Position numbers and translations under genes: made by a program. From Schizochytrium sp. TIO01 (lineage: Eukaryota > Protista > Bigyra: Labyrinthulomycetes), in contig SMSO01000007.1 of the NCBI GenBank assembly GCA_004764695.1, positions 62,001-126,000 of the forward strand: a stretch of DNA of 64,000 nucleotides, in the 5' to 3' direction. Positions 13,188 through 24,990 of the stretch are shown one piece after another. Below the pieces are notes generated by a model, which worked only from the letters and a program-made list of their open reading frames with translations, was not told the DNA's origin and searched no databases. Positions within the stretch are counted from its first letter, which is position 1, and each line of letters opens with the position of its first letter.

Positions 13188-14668
13188 CTCAGTCAGTCAG
13201 TCAGTCAGTCTGTCAGTCTCAATCTATCAACCACTTTGCCGCTCGACAGGGAATCGGCCAATGCCATCTTCGGCGACCTTCTTAGTGGTCACCTGCACGG
13301 CGCAAGGCGGCCAATCAGCAGTAAAGACCGCCTTATCAGCGGGCTTTGCAGAACATTGAGAATAAAGCAGCAAATATATATATATATATATGCATATACA
13401 ATATACATCCTATCGCCGTAGTAGTGCTGGCTAGCTAGCGAGCCAGTATGCACTTCTAGGCGCTACTGGATGGGCAGTTCCGCCTAAGTGGCGCCTAGGC
13501 CCTCCGTCATGTATGCAGCCAGTGCAGAAATATTGGCTGTAATGGCCGGTATGGCGCGGGGGGGAGGCGATTGGAGGGAGGGCTGTGCGGAGCCGCGAGG
13601 GGAGGAGGGCAAAAGCGGCCCTCAGACTGCGGCTGTCTGAGTTTCTGTGGCCTTAATTTGCCTCTTTTCTTGTTCCTGTGTATTCTTACCGCCCACTTTC
13701 ACTCTTCGAGGCACTCGAATCAGAGTAAGTCTTTGCTTTGTTTCTGCATTTCTTGGCGCCAGTTTAGTGTACTTACGAAGCAGTGGGTAGGTATGTCTGT
13801 CTATGGTTGAATTCATTTGATTCAATTCAATCTATGAATTGACTATTTTCCTCTCTTCGCTTTAATTTGATTGAACTTAATCAACTCTGCTTTGCTTTTT
13901 TACTTTTTCCTTTCTCTATTTCGATTAAAGAGGCTTGTTTGTTATTTTGCTTCTTTGCTTCGTTTTGATGAAGAATTTCCTTCTGTCGAGTCATATCTCT
14001 CGATCTGTCTTTTGCAATACTAACCGTGGAAACCCACGAAAAGGAAAGCAAATAGAGGTGAAACAGAAGGAACGGAGAAAGTAATGTCAAAAGCGCCAAA
14101 AAACTGCAGAAGGACCCGAAGACAAGTGAATTCAAGATCAAAACGCGGTGATGTAGTCATGGCAAATACAAACAGACGCGAGAACTGAAAGAAGAAGGAC
14201 AGCTGTTCTATTGAATTCCAAGGTGTTGATCTGACGGCAACTCTTTTTCCCATCATTCCATTCCCATTTCATTATTAAAAACTCAAACATGAACAAGAAA
14301 GTTTAACATAGTTTAATTCTAAATAAAAACCAAACGAAACATTTTTTTTTCAATTAAAAATATAAATTGTACATAAAAATTGTTCTTTCCTATAAAAATA
14401 AAAGAAAAAACGCTTTTAAAAACAAAAACTATATAAATAAAATGAAAGAAACGTCAATAGAAAAATAATTCAGAAAATCTCTGCAAAGAGCACAACAGTC
14501 GTGAAGAAGAAAAAGGAGCGATAAAAATACAGAAAAATGCCAAAAGTAGAAGGACGGCGCCTCATCTTCCACCTAGTGTTGTCGCTTCCTTTCTTTTATG
14601 GCCGTTCCGCCCACAATGTAGGCAGCCACTTACCTAGTTTTCTCTAGCCTCCAACCCAGTGCCTCTCT

Positions 14669-14849
<181 letters not shown>

Positions 14850-15239
14850 GCGTCTGCGCCTGTTCCTTCTCAGTCCTCCTCTGTCTTTTTTCCTTTCCTT
14901 TCCTTTCCTTCTATTCTCTTTTATTCTCTTTTCTTTTCTTTTTTTTCTTTTTTCTAGCTTTCCCTGTCCTTCTTCTGCGAAGGCTGTCCTTTCCGTGCTG
15001 GTTGCGCATCAAGTGGCTCTGAGGCATCTCCGCCATCACTTCTGTCTGAGGATTCGCGCACGAAACTAGCTCCAACCACGACACGACAAGAACCTTCCCT
15101 TCGTTGACGCCCATTCAAGAATTCATGAAAATTAGGGATCGATTGATTGATTGATTGATTGATTGATCGATCGATCGATCGATCGATCGAATGAATGGGT
15201 TCTTCCTTCTCTCCCTCATATTCCCCTTTTTCCCTCTTG

Positions 15240-16680
15240 CTCTTCGATAACTAAACGAAATGAAGACGCACTGGGAGAACCCAGAGTTCCATCCAAAGCC
15301 TCTTTGGTGGATCTTGGGGACCAACGATCGGGGTTGGGCAGCCTTGGGATGCTGACGCTGACGACGAGGCAGACGCATGTATGCTCGGTTATGAGCACAG
15401 AACGTCATGCGAAAGAGAAGATAGATGGAGTTGAGAATCTGGATCATGGGGGATGGCTTGCTTGACAAAGAATTGCATCGTGCTTGGCTGGTGAGTTATC
15501 TGCGCAAAGCGGATTGACATGGAAAGAGTCAGGACTCACAATCCACCCCGCTGAGAGACACGTACAAATGGCAAACTCTCCGAGGCGTTGGCGAAACCAT
15601 GAAACTTGTGTAGAACCATACTGATGTTTCATCTTTAGTAGGATCATGCATATTGCCTTACAGAGGCGTGAATACTAAGACTACAAGTGCGCCCCTGAAA
15701 AAGCTGTCCGCGGGCCAGATATCGACCAGCAGCCCGATTTATGCTGGTCATTGCCAGGGCGCAATATTGTAACTTCGTTTGATTGAATTGGTGGAATACA
15801 GAGAGAGATCTCGCGAGTCAAAACAGCACTTCTCATTCTCAAGGTCACTCGTCGTGTTGCTGTCACTCCAAACTTCTTTTCTCAAGCTTAAAGAAAGCCG
15901 CCAAAGAAGCTGTCAGCAACTTTAGAAAAGCTCATGCCTTGGGGAGTTGTCATTTGTAACAGTTGTGGATGCTCAGACGGGGATTCGTATCTGTATGCAA
16001 TGCATCTAACCATAAGTTTGATCGCTTAGACACCTCGACGCCAAAGATGATATGGAACTTGACATGATGGAGTCTTTCCAATGACAATATAAAAGCCTAT
16101 TCTAAATATGTCGCCTGACTTAAACACATATGGAAACACTCCAGATATTGGGAGTTTCTAGCCTAGGGTATGAATTCCGTGGTTTAAAGCGAGAAAATTA
16201 GAGAAGCGTGTAGTCCCGAAACTTACAACTCACAGAATCAGAGATATAGAATACCGTCTGTTTGAGTAGTTTAGAATTATCTTGTAGAAAAGCAGATTAC
16301 TGGAGAAATCTGCCAGTGGCTACTCACCAAGTAGTATATTCAGAACTATTGGCATGCAGTGGAGAGCTATGATGATAAATATATATTAAGATGCATCCCT
16401 ATCGGTTCTTACGGGGGGAGGGTAGGTAGATGCGCGGATCATCTGAGCAATACAAAGACGCAAATCACATGCTCAATTCAGAATCATATGGCTGGAAGAT
16501 ATACCTCCTGGGACATGTTATGTCAAACGACAGTAATGTTCACGCTTTGTAAAACACATTCAGAAAACACAGAAATGCTTCTCCTCAGTAGCGAGTTGAA
16601 TACCCGATGGTTACAAGATGCGGATCCCTTTCCTCAAGGACTCATTATACCTTTCTTCCTGCACATATTTAAGTGTGTGT
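15240..16680 (+). pseudogene. Decayed gene relic
   Basis: Complex, microsatellite-free 1.4 kb with protein-like fragments (LSATLEKL, SLRHLD, LQILG) and many stops. Confidence 0.25.
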
Positions 16681-17716
16681 AGGTGCCTAAACTTATACCT
16701 TGTATGAAATAAAATATTTAGGGGCCATCTTCTCCTTGATATCGCACTAAAATCACTATCTGTCAAGCATCAATGATCGCAACCTAGGCAGCGTTTTTTT
16801 TTTCTTTCAACTACAATTGTAAATCAGTTGTCGAATACAAATCAGAACAGTAAGTCTACGACCTTCAAAGAACAGTCCCTACTTTTGATGCTAGTCTCAA
16901 AACGATACATGGTATTTTTTTGGACGAATTAATACAAGAGTTTTGAAATGCACAAAAAGCAATTGCTTTCATAAAGGTGGGCAAGAACTGTTGGAAAGTA
17001 AGGCAACGATTTTAATATCTAATAGATCTGGCGATGATTCTCTGTCGTAAAGCTGTAAGAAAAACTGTAATGCTTGAGTGATTATACTTTTACGGATGTG
17101 TTTGCAGTGATTCACATAAAATGTCATCCAAAGTTAATACGAGCGATGGCTCCCGAAGAGAAAAACCATCTTGATTATTTCACTCGTGCGTATTGACAGC
17201 TGAAAGGTTAATACCAACGAGAGCCTTCTGAAGATCCTAGAGAAGTAAAGTCGGCAGGATATATTAAAACGCAAATGCGTTGAGAGAATGGATGAGGATT
17301 TTTTGTGTGCAAAGAATCATGCCAAAGCGAACCTATGGCACCTCTTTTAGAATCACAACAAGCAAAGAAGCATACTAGTTAGGGCATCGTTTTCTTTATG
17401 CATACAAAAAGGTAAAAATATACCTGCAAATAGCATGATTATGAGACTTTAATGTTTGAAAGGCTACTTCACCTTCATTTGGCAATACGGCGACCCGACA
17501 GCCAGATAGAAGAGAGGTAGTACGAATACAATAGTTGAACGTTTGCACATGAGGGGAGTTGTTCTTTTGTTCCGAAAACAACAACAACAACTAGAAGAAT
17601 GAACTAGGAGTAAGGCGACCTGGGAGGTAGCAAAAACAGAAGCCACCCCCCAGTCAATGAAGGAGCACAACCAGGCGTAGGCTCTTGCTAGATCCATCCT
17701 CTACGTCTTTGATTCA

Positions 17717-18280
17717 TCAAAGCCTCTTCGGTGGTAACCAACCCTCAGGTACGGTGGAGAAACGCACGTCCTGCATCATTGGTGCGTCCTTAATGGCTTG
17801 ACGAAGGTCGTTCGTACTTGATAAAGCAGTCGCCGCCTTGGGATATCCACATCTAGCCGCCTTGGCAACAAGCTGGGCTCGCCATGGTTCATCGACAAGG
17901 GAGTCCCATCCTGCTGTCTCAGCGTGACTAAGGCACTCCTCAAGATTCTTCTTTTTCCCATCTTGAAGATATTCGTTGCCCTTGAGAATTGTGAGCACCT
18001 TCTCCGCAAGAGAAATAACTTCTTCTGCGCCATCAGGGTCAACGTTGCGCATTTCGCTTGCAAACTCTTGAATACGGTCAATATCCGCGAGCATTTCCTT
18101 GCGCTCCTCTTTATTCACAAGCTGCTGGTGGTGTCTGGTAGTAAACATGAGCCGCACTTTGTACTCGTACTTACCCAGACGGTCCATTGCTCTCTCCACC
18201 GTGAGTTCCTTTTCATCCTCCTCTTCATCGCTGCCTAGTTGCGACGAGGCCAGCCTCGTGCTCAAGTCAAAGTTGCTCAT
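17717..18280 (-). CDS. Hypothetical protein (187 aa), predicted helical, acidic N-terminus
   Basis: ATG-initiated ORF (MSNFDLS...) with protein-like composition and coding-like codon usage, flanked by AT-rich non-coding DNA; no motif recognised. Confidence 0.7.
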   Translation of the reverse strand: MSNFDLSTRLASSQLGSDEEEDEKELTVERAMDRLGKYEYKVRLMFTTRHHQQLVNKEERKEMLADIDRIQEFASEMRNVDPDGAEEVISLAEKVLTILKGNEYLQDGKKKNLEECLSHAETAGWDSLVDEPWRAQLVAKAARCGYPKAATALSSTNDLRQAIKDAPMMQDVRFSTVPEGWLPPKRL

Positions 18281-21200
18281 AGTCTTGCCAGCCCAAGTTC
18301 TACACTCCTCAGTTCTTCAATCTCTGTCCAACTAGCTATACACAAAACCAGCTTGTTTCTCCGCCACTACCACAGGGTCGCCGTCCTCCGGGAAAACGAT
18401 ATCCGTCACCTCAGAGATCGAGACCGTGCGCGTCCTTTCCTGTTATGCTCTGGCGATGTTCGGTCTATGCTGTTTTGCTTGCTTGCTTTGCTCTTCTCTT
18501 CAAGTTGTGCTGTTATTGCTGTTACCAAGTACCTTCTATTCCTTGAACGATTGACCCTGCGCACAGAGTGCTAGGCATCGTGCTAGCTGGCGCTAGCGAG
18601 TTTGATTCATTTCCATGCACAAACAACTTAGACTCAAGGTGCGCTAGTCATTCACTAAGTAGTGCTAGGCGCGGAAGGGCTCTAGAGATAGCTCAGGTGT
18701 AAATGATTTGGAGGGAGCACGTACCCACCGACTACTCCTTCTCCTGCCGTCCCAGTCGCACAAGAGAGCTTGGGGGTAAACGTCTTCAGGAGCTGCTGCG
18801 CTGCGTTGTTTGTTGCTGGGCCTCGGGGCAGTTTATGCCCGAACGAGCGAGGCCCGAGTGCCCCGGCCTGAGCGTGTGACAGGTATTGAGGCTGCACGCG
18901 CCGCATTTACTCTTATACAATAAAGGGATACCTGTATATCTATCTATCTATATAGACATACATATGTATTAGTCTAATGTGCATGTCTTGTGCTATTATA
19001 TGTGTTTCTCTTAATTGGGTGAACTATGACTGCGCCGATAAGACTGCATAGCGGAGCTCGTAAGAAGGCTCTTTTTGGACATGGACGGAGGGAAATGAGA
19101 AGGTTTACTTAGGGACGTGGGGAAAATAGTGCAAAGCGTCTTAAAATGAATGAGCTCTAAGCACAACATAACCACCACTATTACAGAGCAAAGAGTTAAA
19201 ATAGAAGAGGGAGTTAAATACTTTAGAAAAAGGAAAAATACTTTTAGTACGGAAAAAGTTGTAGAAAAACATTTTACTTAAAAACATCTTTATGTTTTAA
19301 AATATCGATTTTCTTTTAAAACCTTGTATAAAAATAAAAAGTTCTATGCCTTTGCTAATCTTTTTAATTTTAAAAATAAATAAAGTTTAAAGTTTGTAAA
19401 AGGGGCCCGGGGAAAAAAGGAAAAAAAAAATAAAAAAAATAAAGAAGAATATATCATATATAAGGCAAGTATTGAAACGTGGGGGTGTGTACCGGGAGCT
19501 CTCTTTTACTAACATGGTTAATGGTAGTTAGCTTGATGTTGGGCCACTTTGAGTCTCGATAGACCGCCAAAGCCATGTTGAACTGGTGCACCAGTTCTTC
19601 GTTCAAAGAGGACCATGAAAGCGCTCGTTTCCTCGGTTGAGGTGGCGGCCCAGGAGAGCATATTCGAGAAACGGGGAAACAAATATAAAAAATAGAGTCG
19701 GACTAAACGAGACTATGGTTGCTTCTTGTCCAGGAGCCTGACATCAACGATTGTGGCGATCGCAAAAATGTACGTTGGCAGTACAGCGATGAGAAGATGT
19801 GGGACAGCTAACCTAACTGGCACAATGTGTTATGGGCTTTTGCCAAGATTATGGCAGCAAGAAGCTCGTGCTTCACGCAAAGCGAACCAAGAGATTGTAG
19901 AAAGTCTGTTTGTAGAGCTTGGTAGGTAGAGGGACATAGCAGCCTAGTTTGCGCTTCAGTTGACGTGCTCGTTGATATGCCATTATTTCCCCCGCAGTTT
20001 CAAGTCACCTCATCCGCATAGTAACAAGTATATCCTACGACGACGAACCCTCATCTAGGTTGTCATCCTCAGACTCAAACTGCATAGTTTTACTCTCCAG
20101 TTGATACACAGCGAGAGAAGACTCCTTTTGATCTCCGTTGTAGCGTAACTCTGCTCTGGCGAATGAATACCTTTCAAATATGGAGCGCCCTTCTTCGAGC
20201 CTTTTGTCACCACTTATTCTGGTATTATTGGGTGGTGCAGGTCTCTACCAGACTTTTTGGCCTTTTTTTCCCTCCAAAAACGATATCCAAAGTTTTTAAT
20301 AACCTTTTAAAAGTAAAAGATTCAGAGTTTTCTTTTTTGTACATCGAATTTCTTTTTTTAATGTTTAAAAACGATTGTTTTTAAAACTGAGGAATGAGAA
20401 TTAGTTATAGTCCTATGAATAAAAAGACCTAAAACATTTTAAGACCAGGGTTTTAAAAACTTTACGCTTTTAAACTCATCTAAGAGAATATACGCGCAGG
20501 GAACCGGGGGACTCTGTTAAAAATCATTCTTAGCTGATCGCTTTATTGACATTTGTAGAATCAAAAAATCACATTCCAAAAACTAAGTGGTTTATTCGTG
20601 TTTTCAGAAAACCTGAAACCTTTTCAACCAAAGAAAAAGAAGAAGAAAGAAAGAAAAAAAAACACGCGCAAGTAAGAATTGCTCGTGCATACATTGTGCA
20701 TAGTATGCAGGCAAGGCTCCTAGGACCTTGCTATGCCCTTGCTAGCACTACGAGATATTTTACCGACGCCGCCGTATTTTATTATTCCTACCGCGCGCAA
20801 TAGCAGTACATAGCACCCTTCTCAAATGTTCCGCATGTTCCAGGCCCTCGAGCAATGCAGCGCACAGGAACTCTGCACCAAAACCAAAACTTCTCCGTCT
20901 CTGAGCAGCTGTCGTACCCACACCGCGGCCTCCCCGTGCAGCTCGAGCTGGGCGTTCTCTTTGCCAAGGGCGAGCGCGCAGTACCACCTAGGAACGAGAT
21001 TTGGAAGACAACCGCAGCAGCAGCAGCAGCAGCAGCGCCACAGAAAACACAGAAAACTCAGAAAACACAGAACCGAAGAACCATAACGCATTTATTGATT
21101 GTAACAGAAGGAGATGCGATGATCTCAATCGCCGCCACAGCACTGCAGAAAGAACTCTTCAGAGAGCGCAAACGAGGACAGCCCGAGCCTCGAAATAAAT

Positions 21201-21525
21201 CGCACCCCTTCCGCGGCCAAACGAAGAACAGAGGCTGCCGACCAGCGGAATCGGAATAATCCGAGGTACGTGTAGAGCGAGCGAGTTCTTTGGCCGGTAG
21301 TGTGCTGTGCTGCTTGAGCTTTTGAGAGTGCGAAGCGCGGTATAAAGTGCAGCAGCGATTTTGCAAGGTCGGTCATTGAGCTTGGAACTGCACCGGAAGA
21401 CTAGGGCAAAACTGGAATTTGAGACTGGACTGGCCGTGGCAACGAGTATGGAGGGGGCCGCGGCGGCGACTCAAAAAAAAGAAGCAAAGCGCATTGACGC
21501 CTCGGCATCTGTTCCGCAGAACCTG

Positions 21526-21905
21526 AAGAATTGAGGAAGCGAGCAACTGAGAAGCAAGTGCAAGAGCTGACAGGGGTCAACGCCGGCAACGAAGAACCCT
21601 ACGAGGCGTTGCGGCGTGAGAAAGAATCACGCGTAGTATTGTTTCTGGACGAGGGGAAGAGAGGAGAGCTGACAAGAAAGGGCGCAATAACTGAGAACAT
21701 CAGTAGGCAAAAGAATTGAAGAAGCGAGCAATTGAGAAGCAATTGAGAAGCAATTGCAAGAGCTGACAAGGGTCAACGCCGGCAACGAAGAACCCTACGA
21801 GGCGTTGCGGCGTGAGAAAGAACCACGCTTAGTTTTGTTTCTGGAGGAGGGGAAGAGAGGAAAGCTGACAAGAAAGGGCGCAATAACTGAAAACATCAGT
21901 AGGCA
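21526..21905 (+). repeat. Tandem duplication (~185-bp unit x2) just upstream of the SDR gene
   Basis: 21526-21709 and 21711-21905 are near-identical; copy 2 carries an extra TTGAGAAGCAA. Confidence 0.95.
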
Positions 21906-21934
21906 GGTAGTTCTTGCAGCGTGCGTGATAAAAC

Positions 21935-24562
21935 ATGCTTAGCCACGGTGAGGAGCAGCAGCAGCAGCAACAACAACAAAAAAAACAGCTGCGACAACTC
22001 GTACAAGGCAAGGATTGCCGAAGAAGAAATCGCAGTAGCAGCAGTAGCAGCAGCAACAGCACAGAGAGCAAGAACCTGGACGATCCTACAGTTATGGAAA
22101 GGAAACTCCCCCCAAACGATAACAAGAGCAAGAACATGCGAAGACCAGACAGGCCAGGCGCATTGGACATGAAGAAGTTACCAAAGATACCAAAGGAAGT
22201 GTCGCCAGACGAGGTTCTTTCCTTTGCCAAAACACTTGACATTGAGGATCTGCAAGAAACAATTCAAGAGTGGGTCGATGCTTCAAGTCAGGGAGGCTCG
22301 ATTTATCGCAACTTGGCTTTGGGCATTGGAGTTGCATTCATAGGTATATGTAGTATCATTCTTGGGCTGTTTGTTGTGCTTGTTCCATCAGTCTATGGTG
22401 TTGGCGGCTGGATGCTCTACCGTAAACAAGGATGGAATTTTTTTCAAGTTGGTGTCGGCGGTGTACGTTTTGTAGCTCTCAACGGCGTGGCGTGGTTTCT
22501 CTACAGTGTTTTTATTGCCATCCAGCTCTTCAACCTTGCTTTCCCCGACCCGCTACTTACATTCAATGCATTCATGGTAGGAGGTCTTTCGTATGTGCTC
22601 ATGTGCGTTGCCCTGTTTGCGTACTATCCGCCGAATGCAAGTGGCAGGGGCGCAACTGTGGCTGTGCAAACTCCACAGGATGATGAACTTGACGATAGCA
22701 AGAGATACGCAACACCAACATTTAATCGCCAACTACAGCGGAGCGTGCTCATGCGGACTGATTCCAAGAGCGTCTCGTTCTTTTGGTGGGTCTTTATAGG
22801 CATGCAGGCAAGCATCGTACTCACCGCATTTGTAGTGACCGTGGTTAGTGTTTTCAGTCAAGGCAATCCATTGGTGCGCATGCTCACTACGTCGCTGGTT
22901 ATGTGGACCCAAGGCATTGCCATCGCTACAACGCATGCACTTGGAGGCAAATGGCGCCACATTGAGACAAGCTATTCGGCGTTTCAGCCCGGTCGAGGTG
23001 GTTTTGCTTACGTGAGCTTGCAGATAATTGGCTGGGGAAGCTTTGGCCTTGGTATTGTGGCAGGTTTTCTGGACCTAGGTTCGCAGGCGGCTCAGGTACG
23101 TGGTAAGACGCCTCTTTTGATATCCGGTATGATGCCATTATGTGGATGTCTAGGTTCTTTGGCTGAACTCTTTATAATTGCTTCTCTTTTTGTGTACAAA
23201 GACATGACAAACGGCAAAGCTTTGTTACTTGCAAGTCCTAGGCATCCAAATGTCATTGACGAGCAAAATGCATGGTGGAATAAGGCACTACTCTCTGCTG
23301 TTAAGTTTCAGATTGCCTTACTTAATGCGTTGTTTGGACCTCGTGATGCTGGTGCTTTCACACGCCAACCTAAATGTCTTGATCCTGACGCCCATCTTGC
23401 ATGTGATGCACGCTGGGAGGCCGAGGTTTTGAAAACTTGCCCACGGACGGGAGACTCGTATCTCATTGTAGGTAACGGGTTCGTTGGCAAACGTATCGTC
23501 AACGAGCTTTTAGCCCGCGGAGAGACTCGGATTCGTGTTTTTGACGTCGTTCCACTCAATCCATGGCAGGGAGATTCCAGAGTCCAATTCATACGAGGAG
23601 ATGTCACCAAAGCCAGTGAGATCGGACTAGCCTGCGAAGGTGTCGATACTGTGTACTCGACCTTTGCCATCATCCGCTTCATGGAACGCCTAGAACACCA
23701 AGCATTTCTCTCATACCATGTGAATGTCTATGGCACAGAGGTTCTACTGGAGGCATGCCGTCGTCACAATATCAAACGGTTGATCGTCACATCGTCTTCA
23801 CATGCAACTACTGACGAGCATTCTGAGCCAAGATTTGATCGAGATGAGACTGCTCCTCTCTTGAGTCGTCAGGAAGCACATAATCATTATGGCTGGACTA
23901 AAGCCATGGCTGATCAAATGGCTCTTGATGCTGATGGCAGCAAGCTCGCAAATGGACAGGACTTACAGGTGGTGGTTGTTCGACCTTGCTCTGGTGTCTT
24001 TGGAGCAGATGACCGTCTTTCGTTTGAAAGAATTATGGACATGGGCATTGTGCCTGGAATTGGCGCCAAGGCCATTATGGACTGGGTTCCGGTGCAATCA
24101 GTCGTCCAGGGCCACCTTCTTGCAGAGCGTGCTCTGCAGCAGGGAGTTCTTGGAGTCCGAGGCGAAGCGTTTTGCATTTCTAACGATGACCCAACTTCAA
24201 TGGAGGATTTCTGGTGGCTCGCTATCAAATACATTCGCCAGCTTGCTCCTCATCGCCAAAGACGTCTTCATATAGATTTTCTCTACTTGCCAGAAGGCAT
24301 TTTTTGGGCTTTAGCGTACGTCAGTGAACTCAATGCTTGGTTATTCCGGGGCAAGACCACCCTCGGGAGAGACCTTGATACGTTGACACCCGCTATGCTC
24401 AGCACAGCTACCATGTCATATACCTACACAAGTGCCAAGGCTCGCCGGATTCTTGGCTACAAGCCTGTGTTCTCTCTTGACGAAGCAATCCAACGAGCCA
24501 TACACGAGTACGACGAAGCTCACTTCATTCATGATCATGGCAAGCACTTGTCAAAATCCTAA
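21935..24562 (+). CDS. Multi-pass membrane domain fused to a 3-beta-hydroxysteroid dehydrogenase/C4-decarboxylase-like extended SDR (ERG26/NSDHL-like)
   Basis: C-terminal half has YLIVGNGFVG (Rossmann glycine loop), FIRGDVT, VNVYGT, TSS, catalytic YGWTK, RPCSGVFG and KARRILGYKP. N-terminal half has several hydrophobic helices. Start could be a downstream Met (22094). Confidence 0.88.
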   Translation: MLSHGEEQQQQQQQQKKQLRQLVQGKDCRRRNRSSSSSSSNSTESKNLDDPTVMERKLPPNDNKSKNMRRPDRPGALDMKKLPKIPKEVSPDEVLSFAKTLDIEDLQETIQEWVDASSQGGSIYRNLALGIGVAFIGICSIILGLFVVLVPSVYGVGGWMLYRKQGWNFFQVGVGGVRFVALNGVAWFLYSVFIAIQLFNLAFPDPLLTFNAFMVGGLSYVLMCVALFAYYPPNASGRGATVAVQTPQDDELDDSKRYATPTFNRQLQRSVLMRTDSKSVSFFWWVFIGMQASIVLTAFVVTVVSVFSQGNPLVRMLTTSLVMWTQGIAIATTHALGGKWRHIETSYSAFQPGRGGFAYVSLQIIGWGSFGLGIVAGFLDLGSQAAQVRGKTPLLISGMMPLCGCLGSLAELFIIASLFVYKDMTNGKALLLASPRHPNVIDEQNAWWNKALLSAVKFQIALLNALFGPRDAGAFTRQPKCLDPDAHLACDARWEAEVLKTCPRTGDSYLIVGNGFVGKRIVNELLARGETRIRVFDVVPLNPWQGDSRVQFIRGDVTKASEIGLACEGVDTVYSTFAIIRFMERLEHQAFLSYHVNVYGTEVLLEACRRHNIKRLIVTSSSHATTDEHSEPRFDRDETAPLLSRQEAHNHYGWTKAMADQMALDADGSKLANGQDLQVVVVRPCSGVFGADDRLSFERIMDMGIVPGIGAKAIMDWVPVQSVVQGHLLAERALQQGVLGVRGEAFCISNDDPTSMEDFWWLAIKYIRQLAPHRQRRLHIDFLYLPEGIFWALAYVSELNAWLFRGKTTLGRDLDTLTPAMLSTATMSYTYTSAKARRILGYKPVFSLDEAIQRAIHEYDEAHFIHDHGKHLSKS

Positions 24563-24668
24563 TCTTATAGTCAACCTAGGTAGGTACTAACTATGTAGCT
24601 TACATCAGGATTATCATCGTATGCTATGTTATATAATGACATGCTATGTAGACGACACCTAGAAGAAC

Positions 24669-24990
24669 CAGGTGTCTAGGCACTGTCCTTCCATTACAAA
24701 GCATCTTCATATTTCATTTGGTCTCGCAAATTCTATGCCTTCCGTTTCCTTGTCCTCATCTTCGTCACCTTGATCACTTGTTCAACAAGGTTCGTCCTCG
24801 CATGCGCAACTAAACATCATGCTTGAAAACAGGTGTCTAGGCACTGTCCTTCCATTAAAAACATCTTCATGTTTCGTTTGGTCTCGCAAATTCTAAGCCT
24901 TCAGTTTCCTCGTCCTCATCTTCGCCACCTTGATCACTTGTTCAACAAGGTTCGTCATCTCATGCACAACTAAACGTCATGCTTGAGAAA
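24669..24990 (+). repeat. Tandem duplication (~161-bp unit x2) just downstream of the SDR gene
   Basis: Both copies (24669, 24830) start CAGGTGTCTAGGCACTGTCCTTCCATTA and stay colinear with scattered substitutions. Confidence 0.95.

Noticed and set aside
19580-19597. Perfect 18-bp palindrome GAACTGGTGCACCAGTTC (another at 58774-58791)
   Set aside because: About 0.25 such palindromes are expected by chance in 64 kb; the two are unrelated and have no shared context
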